64,000 nucleotides of DNA. Source: Haplodiscus bocki (Eukaryota). This document shows, piece by piece, positions 49,301 to 64,000 of the stretch; position 1 is the first letter of the stretch; the number at the start of each line of letters is the position of its first letter. The notes beneath the pieces are model-generated. The model worked only from the letters and a program-made list of their open reading frames with translations, was not told the origin of the DNA and did no database searches. The translations under genes and the position numbers were made by a program. The stretch spans positions 70,246,001 to 70,310,000 of the forward strand of contig OZ296654.1 of NCBI GenBank assembly GCA_965655095.1, written 5' to 3'.

Positions 49301-52300
49301 TCAACTGAGACTTTTTGAAAGTAAAGTTGCCAAACTTGAAGAACCATTCCAAGTCTTTTTTCGAAAGCTCCTGCTAAGTTTTGTGGGGCCCCCAGTTATC
49401 ATAAAGTTAACACATTTTCTCAACAAATAAAATTGCACAGGCTTGATGCACGCTTCTGAAGTTACCTTTGCACCATCCGACATCGGGATGGTTGAACGCA
49501 GCCAGATGTGTTTAGTTTCTCCAGATTTTCATTAAATCAACTTTATCGTGAACGAATAAAAATTCATACAGTCATAAGGGTCCGTGTGAGGGTTTTTTGT
49601 TTAAACACACAAAATGTTTTCTCTGTAACCCGAGCCTCATTTTTTTGCTCATTAACAAAACGTTCTGTTTGACCAGGGCCTCTGTAAATTGTCCAACCTT
49701 ATCCCGTTGGACATCGCATCCACCTCAATTTCCTGAATTTGGCGTTTTCTACGTTGATTTGAACTTCATTGTACCCGGAAACGCATCTTTGTATCCTCTT
49801 TAGTCCTGGTGTTTTTTTGACATAATTTGAAAAATTTCTGGTAGATAATAGACGAACTCAAAATTGCGAGAATCAATTATTTCTGAACGAACAGTTTTTT
49901 TTAATGTTGTGCGCATTTCTTTTTTTGCAGAATTTATTCCATATACTCACTAGAGATTTTCTTTCAACCATCTATGCAGTCTTTAGACTAAATTCCCAAC
50001 TCTACAATAACCTATTTTTTCCCCGAAAAGTTACGCCGATTCATTTATTGGCATTCTGCAAGATTTTGAACTCGTAGAAAACGTTCAAAAGTTGTAGAGT
50101 GAAACGCTTCTGAGTTTACAGTTGCTTGGGTTTGATGATGAAGACAAACATGATTAGAAAATATAGAAGAGTACCTACTAATGTTAGAGTTAGGACGGTT
50201 AATGAAAATTTTGTGACGGTCCACCAAACCAACATTTTGGCCTTCTCCTCTGTTTCAAAACATTTGTGAGCAACCCAGCTAAATCCCAGCTGCCTATGTG
50301 TGATAACCATTTGAAAAAATTACCCATCAGAGTATCAGTCCTCCGAACCACGGTATACCTCTTTACCTTAAGTAGTTGTTCAACTCTGCATCAACATCTT
50401 CAATCGATTACACTCCCAAAGGTCCTCCAGTGCGAACAATCAATTTTCCGTTAACCCAATGAACACGTGTTTTCGAATTTTGCCCCCGGTTTGATTGAAG
50501 AATGATTGTGTTCCAATGCGAGTGGTTTCAATTGACTTACCACAATTAATCGATGAGCCTTTCAAACGTTTCCTTAGGTTTGGCTACAGTAGAATGCACT
50601 CCATCAACGTGCAAGTGGAAGAAAAACTTTGGTGATAAATTGCATGAATTCACCATTGCTTCTCTGCCGGAGCCCATTTGAAGCGGTAAATCTTCTGTGC
50701 AGAACTGATTTTCAATTAAATTTTTTTCCAATTGTGAACATCTATGAAGTTAGACGACTACTCCTACCCCCTCAAGATTGTACAAATTGTGTCTAACCCC
50801 ACTGCACCATCAAAATTAGAGTGGGTTGAATTGTAGGTTGATGCATTTGACAACAATGCAAATTCATTTACAGGAAAATGTCTTGCGAATACTGCCGCCC
50901 GCGCGCGTAGGCAACTTCCCATCGACTTTGCTCAAATAGTGACTTGTCAAGTATGTTCATTTATCTTTCTGATATCTTTAGTAACTAGAAAATGACATAT
51001 ACAATCCAAACGATTGTTTTTGAGAAAATTTCTATTAAAAACAATGAGGCATGTTGTTGACCTCAACGAGGAAACGCTTATTGCGTCATCTACTAAAGAA
51101 ACGCTTTAGGCTGGTAGATTTTTGACCAATGAAATTTTCTGCTTCATTTTCTTCAGTTGAAGTCACACATTTCGACCAGACACAATTTGTTGTGTTTCTA
51201 GTCCAGAACACATCAAACTGGCGCCCGATATTATTCAACAACTCAATTGCCGAGTCTTGAAATACAAAAAGATCTTTCCAGGCGAAGAAAATCTCCTCGG
51301 CATGCACTTTTTTCATTCCGAACAGTTCACCTATTGTCAGTCTCCCATTGATCAACACAGATCCGCCTTTTGTATCCCCTGAGGCTGCAAACCATGAGAC
51401 AGAGAAGGAAAGACCAATTACACGTAATCATTCATGCATGTTGCTTAGTAGCCAAATTTTTTCTACACATCCGTCTACGCCTGCTCCAATTTGATAATAC
51501 TGAGTACAATCACTTGAAAAACTTCTTTTCCGAAACCTTATAACTTGAATATTTTGCCTGCCTACACTTACTGGCAAAATCCAATTCGTATCATGTAAGG
51601 CATTGGAAATTTTCCATTTTTGGTGCAAGTAAAGTCTGTCATCAAAAACATTGGATTTCTTCAGTTTTGCCACGAAGTACGGGGCCGGATATCACCACAG
51701 CAGTCTCAATTCTGCTACATGAAGATTTTTCTGGTTAAAACGTGTTGCTGTTGTGGTACCACTACTAAATTTGCGGTCTCGAGAGCTTAGGTGCTAATTA
51801 TTTCAAGAAAACGCTGAGCAAGTAAATATTTTATCAAAATATTCTCCTCCTTTTTTAGTTCTGTCGACGTGAAGAGAAATAAAGTAAAAATTGATTCATG
51901 CAAACGATGATTGTGGTTGTTCCAAGACATTCCGTGTCCCTTGTTATCGCTGACTTGCTTCCATAAGCAAAAACATCATCCCTATCGCAGTTATCATGTT
52001 CCTCCTTATCAGCCAAACATTCAGCAAACCATTTCGGAGGCGAAAAGATACGAGTATCTTTTTCAAAGCAGTGGTACGGACTCTTGCCTTCTTTTCTTCA
52101 AAAGAGAGTCTTCCGCAAAAGCGCTCGATTTGTCATAAAAGGTGACACTGTTCTTTGGCAACGGATGGATCTTTGATCTGTCCCAAGTTTTACTTTTGCC
52201 TACAATCAACGTGATTAGTTTGGTAACCAGATTTTTCATTAATCCTATCCTCTCCCTTTGCATTGTGTTTTGTAAAGCTGGGATGCTCTGTGTCTTCTAT

Positions 52301-52599
52301 TTCGGTTTCAAGCATTTTGACATCCGCCTCCTCGTCTAGTGAACTTACCTCGTTTTGTGCAGTGTTGCTAACGTTCTGCATGGACGGGAAAAAATTGTTT
52401 GTATTGCATTTTTTCAATCTATCACATAGCAATTTTGAACATTCTTTCCTTTCTTTCTTCATGACACACGCAAAAATTCAGGCCATCAGTTGTTTCTACA
52501 TTTGTGTAGCGTCCTTTGTAAAATGAATTGTACTTGTTTTTTCTCTTTTCTTTTTTTGGAAGGAAACAAGAAAGTGCTCGCTTTCACTCTTAGTAGGAC

Positions 52600-55500
52600 C
52601 ATAAGCACGGTAACCATAGTCAATCGTTTGGAGATCGTTTTCGCCTTCTAACTCAATTTTTATCAACTGATATGCTCTCTTTATTTCTCAGTAGGTTTTG
52701 AAAATGAAAGTGCTAAGTGTTGGAGAAAACTCTGTTTGACGTGTTTCAACAGAACAATCATTTGACAGTTTGAAAACCATTCCTAACGCTTTGTAGGAAA
52801 GGCTATTGTTTGTAATTGCGTGAACGGAAGAACGGTAAGCCATCAACACAAACTGTAGACAGTTTTTCCACTCATGTTGATGTTCATCCACATCCTCTTG
52901 GGTTCTGTTCGTCTTTCTGATCATTTCATTACCTTCAGGGGAAAAAGATGTCGTTGGATTCTTGTTCACAGCTAAAATCATGCAGTGTTCTCGGAATGGT
53001 TCGGACATGGAGTTTGTTCACTTCTCACTAGGTAGGATGACAAGTCACCCTAATTAAGTGGGTCACATTTCAACCACAGCTCGGGCAATTGTTTGCGCTT
53101 TCTCTTTTGGCATTACCACACCTAGTAACTTTTGCTAAAGTGAACTCCGAAAAAAAATTGTGTACTTTCACCACCTCGAACTTATACAAGAAACCCATCA
53201 ACTAAAGGGATGCCTGACAAAAAATGTGAATAGTCTGCCAGCTTCTGAGACTTAGTCTGGATTCTTTGCCGCGGTCCTTCTCTTTTCAGGCACTTTTTGC
53301 AACTGTCAACACAATTCGCAACAACTCGCTCTAAGAGAAAGAGAGGCTCCTGGGCGCTCTGATACGTTTTTGATACCATAGTGCCCGCCCACGGATATTT
53401 ATTAGCAGAGCAAGAAAATATTGAATCTGAGCTTGAGCAACAATCAAGTACTGCGATCTCTGCCCACTACTCTCATTTTGTGTTCTCCATTACAAAAACC
53501 TACCATTTTTTACCATATTTTCTACTTTCCACAGTTCTTGTGAGGCTCCAGTTTTGTTTCTTTGATGGGATATCTTTCTGTTTTATACCAGAAAAGAAAC
53601 ATAGGCTAGATTTTTAATTTGTGCCTGTTGCTAATCATTACTTTTTTGGGCAATGACTTTAAGTAGTTGCCATGAAATGGAAAACAAACCCTGCTTTCCT
53701 GTCTGGTTTTCTGTTAACGTGGCCACATCTGTTGTTATGCCGCCCTCTTCAATTCGCACACTCATCAGACAGTCCGCTTCCAGTATGTGCTCACCTTCGT
53801 TTTATTCAGTTTTGGAGAGGAAGTGCCCCAGACTTTCGAGACATTTCGCAATCACATCTCCCGAAAGAAGGACAGCCACAACAGGTCCCATGATTTCTAT
53901 CAGAAACAATTCTTCGGCCAAGCAGGTAAGTTTGGAAATGATTTGTAAAAATTACTGCAGGATAAAGCTCACGGTTCTTGGCGGGCTAGTTTCACTGCTT
54001 TTTGGTCAGAGTCTTACCAGCCTATGCAGCAACTCAATCCACTCTTTTTCGATTCTGAGTCAAAAACTTCACTGTTACTAATTGCGAATCTGTCCTTAAG
54101 TTTAGTGTACCCTTCGCGCTTAGTTGAGTAGCCAAAAACTGGCGCCGATTGAAATTTCTTTCAGAACTCGAGTGCATCTTTGTTCTCCTTTCCAAAGGAT
54201 ATCTCTCTTTCCTCAGTATTTGGTATATGGGTCCTGAAATTTTCGTGGAACTCGGATCGAACATTGTAATGCAGACCAATTCAACACAAAACGATTCTTA
54301 CTTCCGTTAGTTTGGTGAGCGATTTCAATTTGAAGGCTGCTTCCTTTTCCTCTCTGTCCCATTTTTACTCCATCCTCTGAGACAACATGCCTAATGAAAA
54401 ATTTTATTTTGACCTTTTTACCCTCGAGTTGCTTTTCTCGGGTCCAACGAACACTGCTCCAAACGCTACGAATTCTTTTCGAACACTTTAGCACAAACAA
54501 TTATGTGGTCCAATGACACCAGTGCAACTTCGTTAGAAATTACAAGGAAAACCACGTCCATTAGGTTTTGAAATACTCCCAGCCAGTCCCATCAGCAGAT
54601 GCTTCCGTTTCCAAAAAAGCATTAGGATAATGAAAGGTTTCAATTTTTGGCGTTTTTCTGTCGGAGCTTATTGGAAAAAACCGTCACGTCAGGCCAGTGT
54701 TTGAAGAAATTTCATCACCTTCCAAAAAACTGACCAGGTCAGTCTTTTTTGGAAGAGTCCAACTTGTTCTCTCTATTCGCTTCTTCGACCCGCGGTTGTC
54801 TACAACCAAACAGTGAGTTCGGTCCTCCAATGGAACTAGCATTCAGAAGCTTCGCAAAGGGTATGTGTGGGAACACTTAAGCACGGTTCGGCTAGTTATT
54901 CTACATTTTTCTCACAGACAATTTTTCTGTCATAACTCCAGTTACCATCAACCCAATGGAAACCATCTGCAACAGGCTTCCTTTTGACTGGATCCGACCA
55001 CTAAAACTCGAGTCGCTTGCACTGTTGGAAGCTTTTTTTTATCAGACTTGAAAAATAGACTTCAAAATGTATGCTTTTGCTGTAAATTTGTGATTCTAAC
55101 GTCAATTTTTTTGTGGTTTGCTGTATCAATTTTTTCATTTTTGGCGTCTGCAGTCTAATCCCGTAGTACAAAAAATTTTTGATGCTCTAACACGAACAAG
55201 GACCCCGACTATCGGTTTTCTGAATGTAAGAAAACGTTCTTCTTGAACATTCGGACCCGACAAATTCCATTGACAACTCTTACCAAAGTCTGCCTTTGCC
55301 CTAACCTAATCTGCTCTTGAAAGATTTGATTTGATTCCAAAAACTTTCTATTTGTAAATGCTGGATTATTGATCGTTCTTTTATTGGCATTGTAGTATTT
55401 GTTCAAACCGAGTTGAAATGGGCTACGTTGAATATACAGTCAGATATTTTGATCCCCTGTTGTTAGGATTTGTGCTCAATTGGAAAGCTTGGCGCAACTT

Positions 55501-57300
55501 TGCTGAGAAGAAACTTTGTTTTTGGCATAAAATTTGCAAACATTTTCTTGTCAAAAAAACTAATCCCGGTCGACAGTGAAATGTGTCCACGGTTGATCTC
55601 AGATTAGCAACCCGAATCTCGGCAGCAACTTTTCGATTGAAACTATCAATTCTGCTTTTTCTATAACCAGCATTGATGTACTGTTTGCTGTGGTGTTTTT
55701 TCTTTTGTAGTCTACCATTGCACCACTGAAACCTAGAGATTGCAGAAATTTCCAGCTAGCCAGGGATTCACTGTTGCCACCAACTACAAGTACAGATGAC
55801 CTTTTGCCCGTTTCGACAATGTCGCCAGAAATTTTTGCCTTAAAGTTCTCTCCACTTCTCTTGTCCCTTTGACTGTGGCCGTTTTACGAGTAGGCAACTA
55901 TGCGGTCAATTATGTCAGTCAACTTTAGCTTAAAAAAGGACTGGTTTTTTTATAACTTTTATGAACTTCCACGCTTGAAACAGTTCTAGGACTCTCTCGC
56001 CCAGTGACCACGTTACACGCAGTTACGGCGGCTTTCAGTTTAAAAGTCCACATCCCGCCGATGGGATCTCGGAAAGCTCTCTGGAGACTGAGATTCTTCG
56101 TTTATTCCTGGGGACCTTCCTGGATTGGGGGCCCCAATGTTTTTTACCTGTGACACTGCCACTTCCTCTTGTTCCTCTACCAAGTTCACCCAAGCTTTCT
56201 TCACGATTACCTTCTCTTGAGCTGGTCTCTCCGTAATTGTTTTAATCTCCAAACAAAGCATGGTTGTCACTTTGCGAAACTCGAAAGTTTGAACCAGATG
56301 ATTCACTGCATTAATTATTAATTAACCTTTTTCACCGTTTTTGCCGGGATGAACAACCTCCACTTTAAATTCTTTTTTAATTACCCCAAGTCCCGTGACA
56401 GTTTCAAGACGTAATGTTTTCTCTAAAACTTTTTTGGTTGTTAATTTTGCGCCTATTACATTGCTCCCTCATGATTTTGATTATGATTGTTGTAAATTTT
56501 TTCCAAGAATTCAAGCACAGCCAAATGATCATCAAGTTCAATCAAGTCTCTCGGGTAGAATCTCATTGCCACACAGTTCATGTCTCCGAGAAAATGTGGC
56601 AACTTTCGTCCTATTTGCTGCATTTTTCTAAGAAGCCGCCTCGGAACACCACTTTTTCCTCAGAATTTTTTTGTTTCGAAAGCTTCAACAGTTTTATCAT
56701 AGCTTGCTTTTTTGGCATCCATTAACGTACGGTAGAAATTAATCGCTAATGCCTGGAATTGAAGTGCAAACTTGAGCTGCCGTTATTCTACTTTGAATTA
56801 GTTTTTTCTTTGCTTTTCGATGCTTTTCCTTTTTTGGCGATGCGCTAACAGCCTGAAGTGTTTTATACAGCTCGTACTTATCATTGGAGCCGGCGAACAG
56901 TTCCAGTTTTACCATCGCACAACATCCCGTAGCCATACCTTTACTCACACGATCTCAAACATCTGCAATTTCAACTTTTGATCTCGTCGACTTTTTTGAT
57001 TTCTTAGAGCCATTGGGTTCTTTCAAAGTTTGTCGTCTATTTATGCTTTGCTTTGTGTTTCCAAACTCGAAAAGCAGACTTTATTGCCCAACGGAGTCAG
57101 TGGAACCCAACCATTTCCTTTTACTCATGTTCAAGTATGGTCCGTCGCTGAGTGTCCTAGCATTGTTTGTTTCACCATTGTTTTTGACATCTCATTCTGA
57201 TTTTCGTAGCCAAATACGTTTTGAAAACTTCTTCCGGGTCGTTCCGTTTGTAAAATTTTTTACGAATAGTGTAACTCAAACATTCCTTATTTTCAAGATG
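52600..57300 (-). mobile_element. Heavily decayed Ty3/Gypsy LTR retrotransposon internal region (gag-RT-RH-INT)
   Basis: Integrase PTTSFSPEGNEMI..TNRT..WKNCLQFVLMAYRSSVH, VDSCKKC zinc finger, RNase H LRTDS, RT-like text at 54.3-54.9 kb and a GHWARE gag knuckle near 56000. Domain order is Gypsy-type. LTRs not found. Confidence 0.75.
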
Positions 57301-60300
57301 AACTCGACACTAGTGTTTCTGATGATGTTCTATTTTTTTGTTTTTTCTTACTGATTTTCGTCAAAATTTGCAATGCTTCAGTTTTTTAAATTTCAGGCGA
57401 AAGTTTCGATCCGACTCTTTACGGTCACTCCATAACTAGGGTTTCGGTATCCTCCAAGGAGATTGTTTTCTCCTAGAAGTAAACCATTATGAAAATGCTG
57501 CTTTTCTTTTCAGGAAAGTTTATAACGCTTTGTTTGAAATTATTTTTGTTCCTGAAAATGACAAAACATTTTTAATCTCTAAGTGGTTGTTCTTCCGGGT
57601 ATGAGACAGTTAGGCACCTAAGTTGTAAAACGATTTTTTCTATAAAGTTGGAGAAAACGAAGGGATATCACTTGGATGGAAGTTTCCGTTAAGACTGAAA
57701 TAAAATGCAGACTGTTGAACGACAAAAAATATGACCGTCTTTGTCATTTCTATAATAACCCGTAGAAAATTGGGGAAAAGTGACAGCCGTCGATAATTGA
57801 GTCGTAATAGACGAGATTATTTTTTTAAAAATTTTTCTGGAACACGTAGTAGTTAGTTCTATTATCTTGGAATGAACAAACTCGAAACGTTCTAAGCACT
57901 AAAAGGAGTGGCCCGCTAATCAATCCACCTATGTCCGTATATCCAAAAGAATGATGGGCCAAATTTGCCCTTGTTTGAATTGCTTTGTGATGTTGTTTAG
58001 CTGACCCGTGAAAAACCGACGGCTAGCTGTTCTTTCAAAGTACACTCCTTGTCCAAACCCGACAGCGACTTTGCAAAAGCTGGCGAACTCGACATCTTGA
58101 ATGTATACCTTGTCACACAAATAATACTTTATGGCGGGTTGTGAATTGATAGTTTTTCTGGAACAATTTTTTTTTACCCAAAACACATTTTCAGTTATCC
58201 CATAAGAATAGGTATTTGAATTACTTTGATTATCGAAAAAATGGAAATCAATTAGTTGTGTTCTGGTTCTTCGAGAGGAACAAATTGAAACAAACTTTTC
58301 GGCTGTCTATTTGAGAAGTGACTATTTGTGAGCTGTTGACTTTTTTAATGTTCCTTTGTGTCCAAATCATCAAAATTGATTCTACAGGGAAGTACACAAG
58401 TCAGTCAGCGTTTATTTTTCAGTTTCAAACCAATGACAAAAGTTTTACACTAAAGCGAGCAGTACAGAAGCCGTCTCTAGTGAACTAGTAGTTATTGCAA
58501 ATGCCTTAACAGCAATCACTTCACTGAGTTGGGCCGACGACAGTAGCTCTAATCGTAGTTCTTTTGGCTTCGAGTAGATGAACCTGGAAGAACAAAGAAA
58601 CAAACTGCCTTGTCATTTGGCACGATGTTCCAAACATTTGTTTTGCAGCCTAAAAAAAAACAAAAACCTGCAGCCCACTTTTTCCCCCAATATGATAATT
58701 TAAGCCCAATTTTCTCAGCAATCACGAAAGGAAGCCTTGATGTATCCAAAGTAAGTGGCGCCCAGCTCTTTTTGGACGTAGTTGGCGGAAAAAAATTGAT
58801 ACTTTTTTAGAAAGAGTAAGTTTGGCCTCGTCAAAACCAGAACAGTGTGCCACTCCTGAATGAATGCGCTGAAATTCGTCAACCTCAGGAGTGTGAACTG
58901 TGGTACCTCTTCACTACTTTGAGAAACCTAAAGATATTGAAGTCCTTATCTCCAAACACGAGAAGTTGAGCAAGAAATTTCCGCAAAGATTTTGAAAGCC
59001 GACGATCCATGCAATCTACAATTCAACAGCAGTTGTGACAAAATTTGATGCTTCCGTTCTTCTAGCTACGTTGGGCTTAGTCAAAAGACGACTCAATCAT
59101 CGGTGGCAAATTCAAAGTACTCAGAAAACAATTCATTTTCTTTTCGTGGAATCTCTTGACTAATTTCAAATTGAAGAATTTTGGATCCTGAAACAGAAAA
59201 CACTTAAACTTCCCAATCAATGGAGATCGAAAGACAACCAGGGTTAGATGTGGGCTCGAAGGCGCTTTCACTAAAAAGAAACAGGAAGTGGCTGAGTCTT
59301 TTTCCACAGCAGATTATTTGCCAAGTAAACTGAATAAAACAATCACACAAATTGAATAACCAAGCACGACAATAATGCAGTAATGGATTGGTTGCATGCC
59401 AAAATTGTTTGGCGCATTGATGATCCAACTAACAAAAGAACTAATTCGAACAATCATCTTAAGATTTTGTTATTGCAGTCAGTAAGCGAGCTGGACTCTG
59501 AGCACTGATTGAAAACTCAACAAAGCTCCAAAAAAACTCAAAATGGTATACTAGCCTTAATGCAGGTCATATGTCTGTTAAATCAACCGAAATGACATAA
59601 CAAAGCTCCTCTGAACAATTTTTTTGGGTCGTATACTGAGTAGATCAACTTTTTAGATCTAACAATTCCATCAAAACTCTCCAATTTACAGTTATCTATT
59701 TTCTTTTATACCGATTTAAGATAAGGTTTGTGTTAGAGGGAAACCGCCCGGGTGATCAACTAGATGTCAACCACTGACTCTACTAACAATTTTACCGAGA
59801 GACACTTTTGAGAGACATATGCAAAAACAATTGTGCATCTTGTGGACTCATTTGCGGTCACCTGGTAAAAGGCAGCGCCAAATCTCAAACCCTTGGCCTG
59901 CTTAAGAATATTGCTTTGAATGTTAATTGAGCATGTGAGAGTGCTCGCTGAGCTTAGCCAGTCGTCACAAAAATGAGATTCACCTGGTGACTGTTTCGCA
60001 AGAGAAATTGGTCCAACAACTACCGAAGCGGAGGCAACCGGAAATTTGAGAAAATGATGTACTGAATTGGTCCGACTTCCTAGGCACAATATGCCAACCG
60101 TTCTAAACTGGTGATGTCAGGGTAGCACAACAGGCAGTTCTGACACAAAAAAATCAATGACCAAATTTTTTTAAAGAATGTCAATAGAGCGCTGTCTCCA
60201 GTACTTCTTGGGACAATTGCAAAAATCACCGTCACCAACAAGTCATTTTTTCTGTTTTGCAAAAGGCAATGTTTTTGCCCAAAGGCACTAGTATGAATAA

Positions 60301-63300
60301 ACAAGAAACTCTACAACTAAATTTTTTAAAATGGATATTGACCAAACGCATGTCTATCAAATGAAAGAAGCCGCGGAACGAAAACCAAGCAATGTACGTC
60401 GCTCTATTCATCTTCCAGTTCTCACAATGCACTCGCTGACAATAACAATGCAGATCGTGATGCGGATGAACAAAAAATGAAAATCGCGGGACCCCACTAA
60501 TCCCTTTCAAGACGGGGCAGTTTATTTTTGCCAACAAAGTCTACACAGTGCGGCTCGATGCTCCAATTGGACATTCAGCATGAAGCACCAAAAATGTCCG
60601 TATTCTCTGAGCTTCTGGCTCACTGGTCACTTTGTTTTCTATCGCCACTGGTAAGTTTTCATTCTAACTACAAGCAAAAGTCAAGACACAGTCACTTGTC
60701 ACTACATTGGGCTTAATCGCTTCTCAGAGGAATCGTGAAATAATTTCTGAAGAAGTCCAATCAAGCGTAAGTCACACTAATTCTAGTGTCAAGAGTTTTG
60801 AATGCAGATTTCAACAAGAACAATGATTTTGCTCAAATCAGTCTTGTAGATAAGTTTCAATTGGCTGATACATCTTATAAAGCTCTTGATAAAGTTTACA
60901 AACTATATGAGACAAACCTAGAATAAGACGTTTTGATCTACAGTAAAAAATGAGGCAATGGTCTGCGTATCTAACCATTGGTCCACAGGAGGTTTGCTTT
61001 CTGTACTTGTAAACAAGCTTTCCGCATTTGAATTGGAACAAGGTTCAGAAAAACAGAAAGGCAAAACGGCGAACGCTTTGTGACATGAGTAAACCAATTA
61101 ACCTCATAACTTAATTGTCACGTTTAGCTATTTTACATGAAAAACTCAAGCAAAGGACAAGGGATGTTGGTGTCTGTTGAAAGAAAACTTCGTACCCAAG
61201 GTCCGACCTTGTACACTACATTGAGACCTGAATGAACCATTCTTGCAGTACTGCAGCTGCAGTGTATTGTTTTATTATTGGAAGTTTTGCATTCTATTGA
61301 TCCTTATCATTTCATTGATGCCTACGGAAAAACATTCGCTGCTTGTATTTCTACACACGCCACTGTTTTTAATGGCACTCGGGAGGGAATGAAGAGAAAA
61401 CGCTATTCGTTCCCAGATTACTAAATTAGATTTCTATGCGTCCTTGCGGGGCATTGGCGTTCTAAATCCTGGTCAAAAAGACTGTTTCCCAGTATGACAT
61501 AACATTCGATGAAAACATGTTTGAACTGATTTGACAAAACTTTGTGCCGGTTGGCGAAAGAAAGTTGTCGCTGGTCAGGAATTGTGTTCGAAACTGATTT
61601 TTGAGTCACAAGCTGATCCCAATGAAACTTGGATCTAAGTATTGCGGAGAAAACCCCAACAAGTTCATCTAATAGATTTACTGCGGACCAATTCTCGAGG
61701 AACAGACTGTAGTGGATCGCAGTCCATGTGTTAAAACCGGAAACATTCCACAAAATCGAATTTAACGGAGTTTTAAGCTTTGGAGAAAATGCCTGTTGCG
61801 ACTACTTGGAATTCAGCGTTGAACAATGAAAGAACTAAAAAAGATGCTGTTGAATTTTCCAAACAGAATCCACTCTACAAAATTCTCGAAACAAACACTC
61901 CAGTCAAACATTCTATTCGAAAGTTAAGAAATTTAGAATGTTTTTTCAAACTGTTTAACAGCTTCAGAATTGACACACGCAGCAATCCATCTAGTATCGA
62001 CAACATCTGAGGAGGCCTTTTTTTCGGAATGATCAATACTATCAGACATGAAACTCTTGCTGAATTTGTTTATGTAGCCATTTTTGCAGTGGAGCTTTTT
62101 CCGTTGCAGGTGGACTGACAACCGCAGGTCTTCCCGACGCAAGCAGGTATCAGAGACTATTTTCACAACAGTCTTTTGCCCCCGGTTGAGATAGAGCTTC
62201 CTCACTCAAAAACAGATGAAGGCACGAATACGTTAATACACACAAAAGAACACAGTTTTGGATTTTGACATGCAATAACCAAAAATAGATATTAGGCTGC
62301 CTTCGCTGTACTCGGTTCTTTTAGAAGCAAGTGTACACTTTAGTAGGAAACGTGCAAAACTTAGTGGTTGATGTTTCTGCAAGGACAATACAGGACTTCG
62401 AAATTGCCATCAGTAGAGCTTTCTCTGAAAAAAAAACTGATCAAGGCTTCCAAAAACTCAAACAGTACAATCTTTTTTACTTTGCCAGCAAAGCTGTACA
62501 TTTATAATAAGTTTCTGGTCTGAACACACTTCTAAAGATAAGAAAATTCGAAAGATTTTTTAAGGTCCAAATTGTCTTCAAAACATATTTAGTGACATGG
62601 GGCCTTAATTTAATTGTATCTGAGACAACACCAATAAAAGAAAGCGAAACTCAAAAACAAGAAGAAGATGCTCTACCATTCCAACATGCAGGATTGAATA
62701 TTGATTGATTTTCTGTTACTCCAAAGTGTCAACACTTTGGCGACTGTCAGACTTTTGCCGCTAAAGCTGCAAAGCTCAATATAGGAAAAACGATGTCTAT
62801 TACAATCTTCACTTTCGAACAAATTTACACTCTGCTTTCACAGAGAGAAGTGTTGCCGAACTTGCGGCCAGGTTGGTTGTCTTCTATCGGAAGACCCGAA
62901 AACAGAACGTCATTAACGTCTGTTCAATTTTGTTTGGGTGCCCCTGCGTAAAGGAACTGCCTAAAAAGCTAATCTTCTAGTTGAAAAACCAAGTTCCGGT
63001 CAGAAAGTGATCTACTTTAAAGAACATGGTTTTTAATTACTAGAAGAAGTGGGCACGGGGATATCTCAAAATTTAACAAGGAAACTATTTTTGGAGTCAA
63101 ATGTGGCCGAGAGAATATTGGCCGGGGTTGATGGTGTGATGCATCGCTTTTTTCTTCTCCGTAGGTTCATGTTTATGGTATCTACTACCAAACATGATCC
63201 GGGATGTCCCGGAACGTTCTGCTTTTCACCGATGCTAGTGACTTGAGACGAAACTCAGCGATAGTTGAAAGTGCGTCTAATATTTTATTCTCTGTCCTAA

Positions 63301-64000
63301 TAAATTCCTGAGAAATCCTTCATTGTAACTCTTCCTATAGTACCTTTTTTAGAGTTGAGCAACAGATTTCCTTTTCATCCTTGCGACATTTGTTTCACAT
63401 GAATTCCTGGCTCAGTTATGATCATTTTGATTATCTCACTTCGTTGAATGTGACTTTTGTTTCTTCTCTTTGTTTCTGATTTGACCTGTGAGTGCTTGCG
63501 TATCTCGTAATTCATACGGAAGAGACGTTTAATACTTGCAATACAGATACTGTGTTTATCCTGAGACTTCTTTCAGTCCTTCGTAATATACCTTTTAATT
63601 GGGGGAAAACATACTTTTCTACACACCAAGTTAAGGTACAAAAGTGGAAAATACTGAAAGCGATATGCATCAGAAAATGGCAACCATAAGCCGGAATTTA
63701 AAATTTCCCTTCAACTTTACCTTCAATAGTCGCTTCCATTTCATCCTGTGACAAAAAGTCGAAACTTCTAGTTCACAATTGAGCATCAAAACTTCTACTA
63801 TCGCACCGACATTGTATTTTTCCGAAAACTACTTCAGATAAAATACTTCAATATTGGATAAGAAGATATAAGCTGTACGATTCATCAAGCTGAATAAGCA
63901 TGTCTAGCCATTCTAATTTGAGAAAAGTCCACTACTTTTTGGATGCAAGAAACCAGCGAGCAGCAGCAACTATGGGCGTTGTAAGAACGTTCTTCTTTTG

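Overview
AT-rich eukaryotic (invertebrate animal-like) genomic DNA, with no prokaryotic features. The one host gene I can support is a minus-strand hnRNP L (smooth-like) RRM gene. I assembled 8 coding exons by hand from splice signals and phase matching: 39187-39300, 20810-20961, 16066-16560, 14723-15023, 11296-11356, 2425-2688, 1531-1561 and 337-544. The gene runs off the left edge inside RRM3. Its introns and upstream region are packed with transposons: a near-intact CR1/L2-group LINE, several decayed or nested CR1-like copies, a FLYWCH-MULE DNA transposon, an Ingi/Vingi-like fragment, a CRE-like element, a decayed Ty3/Gypsy element, tRNA-derived Pol III heads and dispersed or tandem repeats. 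The most interesting signal is a set of well-bounded cassette exons inside the hnRNP L introns that would all create premature stops. One is a 101-nt frameshifting exon in the intron equivalent to the one holding vertebrate poison exon 6A, suggesting a conserved or convergent NMD autoregulatory loop. All calls are by eye and none has transcript support.
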